Source: Botryllus schlosseri | Lineage: Eukaryota | Length of the DNA stretch: 64,000 bases | Assembly (NCBI GenBank): GCA_051294905.1 | Contig: CM119372.1 | Coordinates: forward strand, 8,868,001 to 8,932,000 | Direction of reading: 5' to 3' | Shown here: positions 25,701-37,700 of the stretch, in pieces | Layout of the letters: each line of letters starts with the position of its first letter | Numbering within the stretch: the stretch's first letter is position 1 | Notes under the pieces: model-generated | Database searches by the model: none | Told to the model about the DNA's origin: nothing | What the model saw: only the letters and a program-made list of their open reading frames with translations | Program-made: the position numbers and the translations under genes

Positions 25701-28700
25701 AAACAAAGAATCGGTCACCGTAAATGCTATTTTATTCAAATCCAAATTTTTCGACGGCAATAACTCCGCTTCCACTGGTTGGAATTGAGCCAGATTTGGT
25801 GAGCATCGTTTCTATAGACAGCCTAACACTTTCATGGGGTGAACATAAAATTTTCAATTTTTTTATTATTCATTTTTATATAATAAATAGAAACTTTCTT
25901 CTCGGCTACTGGCTGGAATTGAACCAAATTTTGTGTGTAGGCTCAAATTAGGTAACCTAACAATTTTATCGAGTAGCCAATACGATTTGAGAAAAAAAGT
26001 CATTTTTGAAGAGCCCTACTGTACAGTGTACGACATACGAACACCAAGCTTGGCTCATTTCGCACGAGACAGTCCTCTTGTAGCATTTTCAGGAATAAAA
26101 ACGTGATGAGAATTTAAATTACGAGCATAGAAACATATCACAGAAAAGATTAGGAGATATTTCCCAATCCGTCTATTTCTGACACATGTAGGACTGTACG
26201 TTTCATAAATTTGTGTATCTTTCTCAGGTGACGTCAAGCTGTTTCTCGTTCCGGATCGCCAAGACGAAATCGTCCAAAGCTGAATTGCCGATATCAACCG
26301 AGACAGACCGCACGCCATTGTTAGCACGATACCCTGCAACGGACGACTATTGGGCGGCTATATCAGGTATGGAGTCGCTATGGAACAGATCCGAGGACAG
26401 TGTCCTATGTTGTACTGGGAAAGAGTGTAAATGCAAAAGGTGCGCGAACACGACGCGAACAGATAAGATGCTGCTTCCGACGCCTCCAGATCTGTGGTGG
26501 GACAGATCGGCTGGTATGGATTTATTCTCGCAGTCGCGAATTCTTCAGAATGCGGACGGGGGTATCCCGCTGAAAGGGAAAAATACATCGGCGGCGTATG
26601 TTGTAGTCGATGCCGCTCACGCGAGCCTCGAAAAAAATTCGACTGCAGGCGAAGAAACTGACAACAAATGCGGCTCTGATCTTACAAGTGGCGCCGTTAC
26701 TTCGGCGCGGAGATTGTTGAGCGTGGACTGGAACTCTATTTCAAATTCCAACACAGAAGACGCCACGAAACAAAGCGGAGGGAAAGAGGTCGGCCAGGTG
26801 CAGAGCATTACAGATATGGACAGTGCGATTGTGGAACGCGGGCCGCTAGCCATGGAGCCGTTCACTATGACCTCCAAGTTGAAAGCGTCTTTGACAGACA
26901 CTTTGCTACGCATCAAGTCTACTTCCGGACTCGAAGGGTCGCCTGTCAATAAACTGACGGAGAGAATTAAGAGGCAGGAGAGGGCTTCGATTAAACCTGG
27001 AGTGAGAGAGTTCTTTCAGACTGCGTTCACTTCGAATGATATAAGCAATTCCAGAGTGAGTGAAGTGACGAGCGTAGATTTTCAAGGCAAAACTTGCAGA
27101 GTGGTTACGAGTGACGCTGTCCAACAGACACAAAACAGCAATGCTTCCAAATCGCAATCGCACTTGCCACCCCAAGAACATGTCACTTCCGCGCATCCCG
27201 AATCGAATGCTCGTCTCAACGCAGAAGTATCGAAAGATAGTCATGGAACAGCCGCCGGATTTGATTATAGCGATGGAAAGATCGAAGGCGTCACGGAGCG
27301 GAATTCAATCCCAGACACGGACGTACAACAAGACGACACGGAGATACCACCGGATAGCATTGAAACCGCGCCTGTGGAGGATCCAACAAAAAAGCGGCCA
27401 ATCGGCGGTTTTCAGTTTCCCAGCTCCGACGAATTGTTTCGGCCGAGAAAAGAAGCCGACAGCTGCACGCCCGAGCTATCCGCCCCGAAATCAACCGTCG
27501 CAACGGCCGAGTTCTACGACATTTCGAAGCCCGTTCCGTTATCGAAAAAATATTCTGATGCGATGATTGAGGCAGTGCCAAGATCACCTGTCAAACTTGA
27601 CAACCTGAGTCGCAAAAAGTCGATGAGTTTGAACGATTTGCGGGACGCTTTAACGAATACCCGTGAAAATCGCGAAGATATAGAACATTCTCGAGTTCAC
27701 GGCAAACCTCCGCTTGGCCGAGTCGTCGGGGTTAATGCTAGGCGTGAAGCAACTTGCGATGACAATGGCGCCGCGAAAAATGGGAATGATGACGTGACAA
27801 AGACAGCGGTGAGTAAGATAGAAAAACCGAAGCGAGCTTGGAAAGCCAGCAACGACAAAACGAAGTACCCGACTGGTATCCCGCTCAGTGGCATGCTCAA
27901 CGATACGATAAGACGAAACTTCCGTCGCACAACCAGCCCAGTCGCTATTTTCCAGGTACACTGTGCAGCTACCGCCGACCCGCGTAAAAATTCGAGTACA
28001 TACTTACGACCTCCATCGATTGATGATTGGTCGGCAGTTATGGTGCAGCCAACACCGGCGGATCAGTCTGCCAGCGTGCAAGCACTTTCGTCTCGAGAGC
28101 AAGGCGAACATGTAGCGGACTGCGATCAATTGCATCAAACTCGTTTCATAGCACTGCCGGTTGTCTTGTACCCGCCTGCCGCTGTTCTAAAGCCTCGCAT
28201 CAGCGAAAAGTCGCGACTCCGGCATCAAGCCATAAAGAGAAGAAATTCGTTCGCCACTCTTCGCGGGGCCTCGATATCAAATAAGAAGTCGCGGAGCAGG
28301 CCTGGCGTGGTGTATAAGAGATACGCGCCCGCGGCGAGCCAAATATCAGGCCCGGTTTTGGCTATCGATAAAACTTACCCTACGTATCGTATATCACCGA
28401 CGCAGCCTGGCAAGGGCGACTCGAAGACAGTCGGCAATTCGCAGGTGCGTGTGTTTTGATGAAATTGTTATCCTGTTAGCACTAGGAAGGGTCAGAAACA
28501 ATAAAAACTCTGCTTTTTCGTAGTACTCGAGTAGATTTTGCCTACTTTTACTACTTCCACTTCTACCTGAAAAGTTTTTGAGTCAAAACTACTCACGGTT
28601 TGCACTTTTTAATTTCGAAAATAGGGAGTAGTATTTGGATTGGTTCGCATCTAATTTATGAGTGAAGTGATTATAGCAACCTCGTGAAGTGGTCCTTGTA

Positions 28701-31700
28701 ATACGTCAGCTGAATATAATTTTTAAGATCCTGTCTATTGGTACAGTGGTAGTCGTACACTGGTGCTGTAGTTACGAAGATTGATCTGCAATTTTGAAAG
28801 TAGTCACCGACGGTTTACTGCTACACAGAGTATGCGAACCCGGGACGAGATCTATACTTTTTGAGACTACACTTGCTCGATAAGTTTTGAGACCTTCCAT
28901 TTTCTTCTACTTCAAGTAGTTGTGACGAGTCTTGGAGATTACTACTTCTACTTGTGATTGAGCAGAAAATTACAACGATGACAGCTTCGACCACATCTTA
29001 ATGGCGCATTAATTGGACGAAACTTGTTTGTAGGCGCGGGCTACGGAGAATGCGACTGCTGTGGAATTGTCGCGACGCGTCAGAAGAACCGAGGTTGAAG
29101 GGGTAACTAGAGCTTTGGACGCTAAATCTGGCGCTTCTCAAGAGCAAAGATATCCGGAGTCGAGTAAGTTACCCTGTGGCCGGAGGCTATATTCTAGTTA
29201 TCCGTCTCACAATAGTTCCGGGTATAACATCAGTCGGGAGTTTGAATTTGGATAACAGGCGCAGGCCTAGAATACTTGCCTTTTACTTACTTGGAAATCG
29301 CTACTCGTAGAACTTCTACTTATACGACGTTACTTCTATCACTACTTGAGTACCAACAGTGACTATACTCTGACCATCGCCTCTATAAATAGATTACATC
29401 ACATTACCAGTAATGCATCTTGTGCAACTGTACCGTATTATACGTATACTATAGCACGCGCCAGACGGGTCCAATTTACTAGGGTTGCAGTCAAAACAGA
29501 TGGTTGCTTAAAAAGACCTTGATAAAAAAAATTCAAGATGTGTAATTATGCTATAACCGTGTAAATACTTTCCGAAAACAAGTTGTATGAGCCTACAGAC
29601 GACGATTACCACCCGATTTAGCCGACGTATACGATACGTTATGATTTGGAACCCTCGAAATAGTCGGTTCAACAGCTATAGTACGTATAGATATAGATCA
29701 TTGGTACGGAATGAATGTTGTGATGATGATGACCGCCGACCACAAAACTGCTGCAAGACGATGTACAGTCCTGGTTAAAAATATTTTGGGTCCGTATATG
29801 ACAGAGTTCGGAAGCCTATTTCGCAAAAGTTATATTTGCCCTATATTTTCAATTGTGAATATCAATCCACTATGACGTCACCATTGAATATGTTTGACGT
29901 CGTGGCTCGAAAAAAAACGTGATGTATACAAGGGCCACGTTTTAAATATGTTTGTTTTAAATTGATTTTTGTTTCAAACACAACTCTACAATTAACCGTC
30001 TATTCCAATTCATTTAGAAGATAAATTTCCAGTACAACCATTATTGTATCGACTTGCTTTTGCTCTTCAAGTCGTATTGCTTTATTCAGATAAGGAGCAC
30101 GAAAGTGCGATAGGAGAGCAATCCCCGACTTGGCCATTTACAGCTGCGTTAGACACGGAATTTGCCGAGGTATGAACTGTACCGCGTTGCTTTGCTCTCT
30201 CTGTCGAACTATTTGATTTCAACACGGCGAAGTCATTGCGTTTCTGTCGCAAACCGTCACTGGAGTCGATTGTTGAATTGTAACGGCGTTCACATTTTTA
30301 GGACCTAGCCGTCATCCCCGAAGAGGCTGTGGCAACTAACGTGGACACTAGCGGTACGTTCCCGATTGAGTTATGAAGTCTTTTGCAGTGTAAGGGTAAC
30401 GTTACTTTTGGTTATACTCTATCCAGCGAGCGGAAAGTCGCGAAGCTTCTTGAAGCGGTTCATGAAGAGGAAAAGCTGGACGAAAAAGTTCTCTGTGACA
30501 AAGGACGCTACTGCCAGTCTGTCTTCCCAGCACGGTTTGGACGCGAAGCTGCAATACCAGCCGGAAAAGAAACCGACGCGACAAGGTTGGAGTGTATGCA
30601 TATATATTGAATGTTGCAGCAACAGAAGATAATGACAATAAAAACTCAGATTGTATTGAACACAGGTTTGTATTTGCGACTACTGTCGCGTAATTGGTAG
30701 TCACAACAGTCTCGCTCATCAATAGCGTCGATAGGGATATACCGACCGTATCAACAAAGCGCGGTCCGGCCCCGATCCAACTCCGACCGTATCCTAGGTT
30801 TACCATATTCTGGAAATCTGAAAAGATGACACCTTTTCAAATGTTCAGGCTCGCGAAATAGCTGCCGGCGCGTTACTTCAGTGCTGGTTTACTGTATCTC
30901 AGTCGAATTTTGCCCTATATTTAACCGAAATTCTCAAAAAAAGGACAAAATCTCAAAAGAAGAGCGCATTTGAGCGTTTTCCGAGAACACTTCCAAAAAA
31001 ATCTAAAAAGAGGACAAATCATCTTAGAAAAGGACGTATGGTAACCCTACCGTATCCGGAAAATATGAATCCGGGCCCGGCCAAAAATGAAGCAAAAAAA
31101 TCCGATCGGGTCTCCAGTCCGACCTTTTTCCACGCCCTGCTCTGTGCATATCGGAGATGAGCGGATTTTCCTCTTTTTCGACTTTTTTTTGAAGTGCGTC
31201 CTCGCAAGACGCCCAAATGTTCTCTTTATTGCGATTTAGTCCTCGATATTGAGAATTTTGGTTGAATAATGGGCAAAATTCGAGATACAGTAAATCAGCG
31301 CTGAAGTAACGCCCCGGCTGCTATTTCGGGAGCTGGGCTTGGAAGTTGACCTTTTCTTTTTAGTCAACCGACCATGAAGTGCAAAAAGTTTTTCATTTTT
31401 TCAGGATTTTTCTCTGGTATTGCAAGTCTGAAAATTTGAAAAAGTTTCCTCTTTTCCGATTTCCAAAATTGCACGAAAACATAACCCAACACACCCCTGG
31501 GATATATATATATCCATAAGATTTGCATTGGTCTCCATCGTTTTATTCATTGGAAGGCGGAAGGGTGTGAAATTTGTCACACGATAGGGTGAAAATCAGC
31601 GACAAAATACCGGTTTTTCGTTCATGTAGTAGATAGTGTTTCGATCAAACCGCTTGGCCTAGAGCAAGTAGGCTAAGCGAAATGCCTAAATAATGAAGGA

Positions 31701-34700
31701 CCGCTCTTTTCTCGATACTTGTTCCTCGCAATTTCAGGCAAGCTGCGTTCTAATTTTGCGTCCAAGAAAAATCGATTGCTCGGTCGCGGTAGCAAATCTC
31801 GACTGCAAGGTCTCTCCTCATTCACCAACGAAGACGTCAACGGAAATTCCTCCGAGTTTGCAGACTCGGACAACGCAAATTCTCGTAGCGTTGCAGAGGG
31901 AAGCGCGAAGAGACCCGACAATACCGGTAAGCGATTACCGAAAGAAGATAAGACTGTGAAACACGCGCTTTACCGACCGACGCTGGTCTGTATGGCGTCT
32001 ATCGAAACGCCCAGGCCGTCTCAGGCGCGCCGACTCCAGCAAGTGACGGGAACTGTCGGACGCGACTCGCAGTTATCAGGTGAAATCCGAAGTCGATTTG
32101 ATGCGTTGCGGCGGAGAAGGCGTATGTGAAAAACAGAAGTAATCGAAGTAGTCATTGCTGGTAGTGTATTAGAAATAGAAGTAATGTCGGGAATTTCTAT
32201 TTAGTACAGAAATAACGATATCCAAAACAACGAGAAGACGCGATGTGAAACTAAAACATGAAGGTCAAAAGAGTAGCCTAATAGGCCTACTCGAGTAATT
32301 TCAAAGTAGATATGGTCCAGGGTAGGATAGGATATGGTCCAGGATAGGTAGGATTTGGTAGTTGATCGGAAGCGACTATACTTTTGAAGCTGAAGGGTGT
32401 ATCTTCGCGAATAACATAAAATGGCCGACGACTCTTCGAGTATATAGATGATATTTTCTCGTGAATTCAGTTACCGTGGTACAGGTCCTGTTTTGCCCAT
32501 CAGTTGATAACTAGTTACCCATAAAAGTGATGCAAACACACCCTCGTCTACTTTCTTCTTTACAAAATCAAAAGTCAAGTAGTTGAGCGTAAAGCACTCA
32601 TAGGCAGCAGCAGTAGAAGTAGTGTAAACATTTAACCACACGGAAAGTACTGCAAGTACGCAAAACCCATTCGAGTACTCCGAAAATGTAGACGTACTTT
32701 ATTGATGATCAGTTTGATGAAAAAGTGAATTAGCTGAATCAGTCAAAATTTGATTTAATATTTCAGGAAAAGGGAGTGGTTATCGTGAAGTCGACGGATC
32801 GGGTCCTATGCCAGCCCCGATCATGCGTGGGCGCGAGAAGTCCGCAACCAGTACCCCAGGTGCTCGCATAAATTCTGAGACTGCACTGTAAAAATTATTC
32901 TTGTAAAATTACAGGAAAAAATATGGTATACTCGATTACTAGTTTACAGTATTTTTCTTGTAATTCGTTACAAGCTGACAAGCTAAATCTAGTAAACTCA
33001 GTACAAGATATATCTTGTAACTCTCTTTTTCTCTCTCTTATTATACCCAAATCTTGCACCTGAACTGGCAGAAAGACCCAATGCATTCGGCGGCCATGAT
33101 TGTTCACAAAACTATATAGCGAAAAGGCTCATTTATTTAAAGCCGATTAACAGCAGCAGATCAGCAGGAAATATACAACAGGCTCAAGCACAGTATGAAA
33201 ATCAACAGCAGCATGTATAAAAAGAAATTGTGCAAAAAATATTTGCAATACTTAGCCTGCAGCAGACCAAGCATGCTCCACAGGAGTGCAGCTTGGCTTG
33301 ACAAGCACTCATGTAGTTCCTAAAGTATCATTAGGTCCAGTACAAACCTATTTTCTACTTTACAACGTCAGAATTGTCAAGTAATGAAGTATGCTGAAAA
33401 TATAATCACTTGAGGCCAAATCTACTTCAGCACTCCCAAAAAAGCAAAACTATTTACACTTACCATTGTATATCAATGATCAAATGAATTTAAAAACTGC
33501 AAATCAATTTGTTTCACACATTGAAGCGACCGCAGACGGCATATGCAGCCCTTTGATTTTTGCAATGCAGATGGTCAAGAAATGTAGAGTCTTATCCACA
33601 CCACGTGCGAACTGGATATTGAATACCCAATGTATTGACAGAATGAGAGCTAAAGCATGTGTGAAATTTACTACGTCATTTATCACTAGCCCGTCGAAGT
33701 GCACCATCCAATTGGTTTGTCGAGTGTCAAGATGTATAACTGGGTGCGGTGATTCTGGATTATCCTGAAAAAAGAGGGCACACAACTGTATACTGAAAGG
33801 CAAAGAGAGTATGAACTTATATAGCCAATAATACTATCAGAGTAATAATGGCTGATGTATTAGGTCAAAATTATGACTATGACAGCACTTATACCAGGGG
33901 TACCTTTTCAGCCAAAGGGACCCAAGAGATTTAGGAACCATTGAGTGGGCCACTTGAATGTTAATGACCTTTCTTAAGTCGTCCGATAGGAGCCAACCGA
34001 ATTAGGTAACATTAAAAATAAGACTTACATTTTACATTATGACATGAGAACTCTGTGGGCATTCATGTCGTGATCGCGCTAGGTGGGAAATTTTTCAAAA
34101 ACAATGAATGAATTCGATAAATAAATATGTTACTTGCAAATATTGAAGGTTGCCTTTGTATACCACTGGGTTAATTTTGCAAGGACATGATTATTCGGCG
34201 TTTAGATATGGCAATATCGAAGGTTTCGGTGAACATCCCTCCGTCCTATTGTGAAAAGTTTCATCGTCGACGATCTCGATGCGAGCACACAAGCGAAGTC
34301 GCATGTTGGACGACACAACGTTATCTCCTAATTGCGAATATATAGTTGGACTCAATTCTGTAAGTGACGCGTATTTATAATTTTCAGGAGGGCTCCAATA
34401 CTAAATGCAAAAAATCGAGTGACAATAAATCATGCGAAGTGCCAAGAAAAATATCAATATCATTTTCATTTGGCCATCGGGTCAGCCCGAGTACGAGTAA
34501 TTCTAATAAAGGTCGCGTCCTAGTCTAACTCACAAATTTCAGTCACGAATCGTCTATAAGCATATTACTGGAAACGACTATCGTCTAAGGGTCAGGGTTT
34601 ATCATCATGAATTGGAAATGTGGCGAAATAGTGAATCTTCCACTGCATGGGCGCGGATAGTGAAGTTTGATAAATAGTTTCAGGCTTTCGGAGCAATTTA

Positions 34701-37700
34701 AGAGCGAATTTTCACTTTAAAACTTGAAAAGATACATGTGGCACTTATATATTGTAAAATTATTGAAAATCTAAAATGTCGTCGCGGCCGCACAAAATGA
34801 TTTGGCGGGCCGCGTGTTTGAGACCTCTGATCTAGACCATTGTTAATCAGCTTCATTTCTTCCAATAGCTGAAACATTATCAGTTACCGTTAAACAGAAA
34901 TCAAACCAATGATATTGCTTCTTACCCAATATGAATTTCTGAGAAGGGGATACTCCACAAGAATGTCAGCAGTTGGCATGTTCCCGTCTTCTATATCTAA
35001 CCGACGCCTTTTGAAAGTGGCTTTCATTGCTTTCATAAGCTTTGCCTTGGCTGGGTTAGATGAACTTGATTCCGATAACATGATTGACTTATGTTCGGCG
35101 AAGCTTTCCTCATTGTTCGAAGATTCTCCGACCTGAAATTTTTAATTAATATATGAATCAGCGGTTCCCGACCGACAAGCCACGAAAATAGTAATTTCCT
35201 ACTTCGTTAGCAGGAAGACCAGAACTTCGGGGTTTCTTGCATCGAGGGCTGCTCGTGTCGGATTCTTCAGTATGGAGCCGTCTCCGTGGACCAGGTCTTC
35301 CATAATTTATTCTATTTGCGATGAGAACCGGATCGTCTGGATTTTTTTACTTTCCGACGTTCGTTAAAAATTTTGTGATCGAGTTTCTTTTTCCAAGCGT
35401 GCTAAAATGTTACGGATTTTAGAGAGTGTAGCACAGGGGTGGGCAAACTTTTGAGCTCGGGGGCCGCATTCAACATCTGAATCCATTCGCGGGCCGTCAT
35501 ATCACAAAACGCACCCAGGATGCTAAACAACTTAACGGGTAGTTTGATGGCATGGAAGGTTACGACTGTGGATGAGAGATTTTAAAATATGTAATTGAGA
35601 CTAAATACAGAGCAATAACTATCAATGGGATGTAAATCGCGCGAAGTGCAAAAATTTTTTTCAGTTGAGCTCAGCTTCGCGCCCCCATTCAGATGCTTGC
35701 ACGCCCCCACGGGCGTGCCCACCAGTTTGAGAACCACTGTCTTAGAATTATCGTGGTGAAATATACTAAGAAAAATTTAATCAAGTCCCTGCATTAATTC
35801 GATTTTTTTGTACGCATTTTATCAATATTTTTAAAAAGTTTCTTTAGACTCTCGCGGGCCGCACAGAACGGCGTAGTTTGCCCATCCCTGGTGTAGCACT
35901 ACCATACTTCAAGCTTCAAAACTCACCCATGCAGGAAGATAATGACCTTCATCTGCCAAGCTTGATCTCAGAACTTTATATTCTTGCACTAGAGCTGTAC
36001 ATACCAGTGTTCTCGTATACGGTGGCACGTCAAGTCTGAATGAAAAGAGGACGAAAGTTACGTAGTCAAGAAGCTGAATGCACCAAAATTGGTATCGGGT
36101 CATCTCCAGTATTTTCATTCAGTATATCGTGAGTACAGAGGACTATGGTTGTCACAAAGCGTTAGTCTGTGAATAAGGACGTAAAAGGACGTAATAGAAC
36201 CGACCTGATCGTGTGCATGGCCCAAAATTATGCCCTTTGTGACCCATCCCACACGTTGAAAAACGCTGCACTCGAATATAGATCACTTTAACAGCCAATA
36301 CATACCCAAAAGTGTTTCGTTAGATCGTGGAACAGATGGTCCACAATTGCTTTTTGACTCCAGTTTTTCCACCTCGTTGTGCAGATAAGCAGGAAGGCAC
36401 ACCTTATACTTGCCGTCAGACCATCTTTGAGGCATTTTAGTACATTCTTCAGCATCCATCAATGGCGTATCAGTTATAGGTGTAGAGGGCTCCAGATCAT
36501 TCATGAATGATGAAGCATCAACGCCTTGTTCTGAATTTCGCAGACCACTGCACATATCTCCTGCAATCAAAATATCACTTATGAGACAAAATTCTGGTTC
36601 CCAAAGGAAGCGCTAGCTACAAACAAGGCGACTGGGTGGGGGGGGGGGGGTATAAATGTTAAAATAATTGATAATAATAAATTCAAATTAAAAATCTAAA
36701 TATTGATTGACTTCTCCATTCTCAAAGTATTCGGCTGTAAGATAACGTTGCGCAACACGACTACATTTAAACGCCGGAACTAGAAAGCTATACTTAGCTG
36801 TCAGTGTTTATATTCTTGATTATACTAAGTATAGCTTTCTAGTTCCGGCATTAAAATGTAGTCGTGACGGTGTATATCAGTGTTCCCAAATACATTCTTA
36901 CACAATGTGTAAGTGACATTCACAATTACAAATTCAAAACAACGCCATACCTGTCAGTGTTCATATTCTTGATTATACTATGGCGTGGTTTGTAATTTGA
37001 ATTTGTTCAGCGTCTGTTTCAAGGTAAAACTTTTGGTCTCCACCCTAAATGTCACTTACATTCTAGTCTTCACATCCCAAGTGTTGCAACCAGACTAATA
37101 AAATTTTAGGTAGGCCTTGCAAGTTTACAATCTGGGCAATCCATTTTTGATAATATTAATTTCGAAAATAACCTCGCGGGCCACTCAAAACCTTCTCGCG
37201 GGCTACATGTGGCCCACGGGCCACGGGTTGGCCGGTCCTGCAGTAGGTGACATAAAACTTACTATTCGCCTGCTCTTCAGTCAATGATACATCCACATTA
37301 GTGACATTACTGGTGTAATTTGAATTACGAACACCAGCACCAAGCAAATCTGTCACTTTCGAAAATTCTGCAAGACAAAAATATCAAGTAACGAAGCATG
37401 TATATTATGGTAATTGTATAACCATGAGACTAAATTACCTGATTTTTTTTTCACTCAATTTCAAAATATCGCCACTGCGTAGTTCCACTTCAGAATCAAA
37501 TTCAGCCCAGCCAAATACTTTGTCATGGTACTCAATGTTGGCATTGTCAGCGGGAACTTCAGGAAATTTATGTAATACAGCAGTTTTCACTTCTAATACA
37601 GAGTTTACTCTTTACTCTAAACACTTTTGAACAGTCACCATAGGTCACCTTCAACTTTAACTGTGCTTCAGCGTTAGCCATAGCAATCAAGACTATTTCA

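Noticed and set aside
26358..28284. Several alternative-frame and antisense ORFs
   Set aside because: Shadows of the GC-richer 2.2-kb coding exon.
30383..30610. Alternative frame ERKVAKLLEAVHEEEKLDEKVL that looks protein-like
   Set aside because: The phases of the flanking exons support the ASGKSRSFLKRF frame instead.
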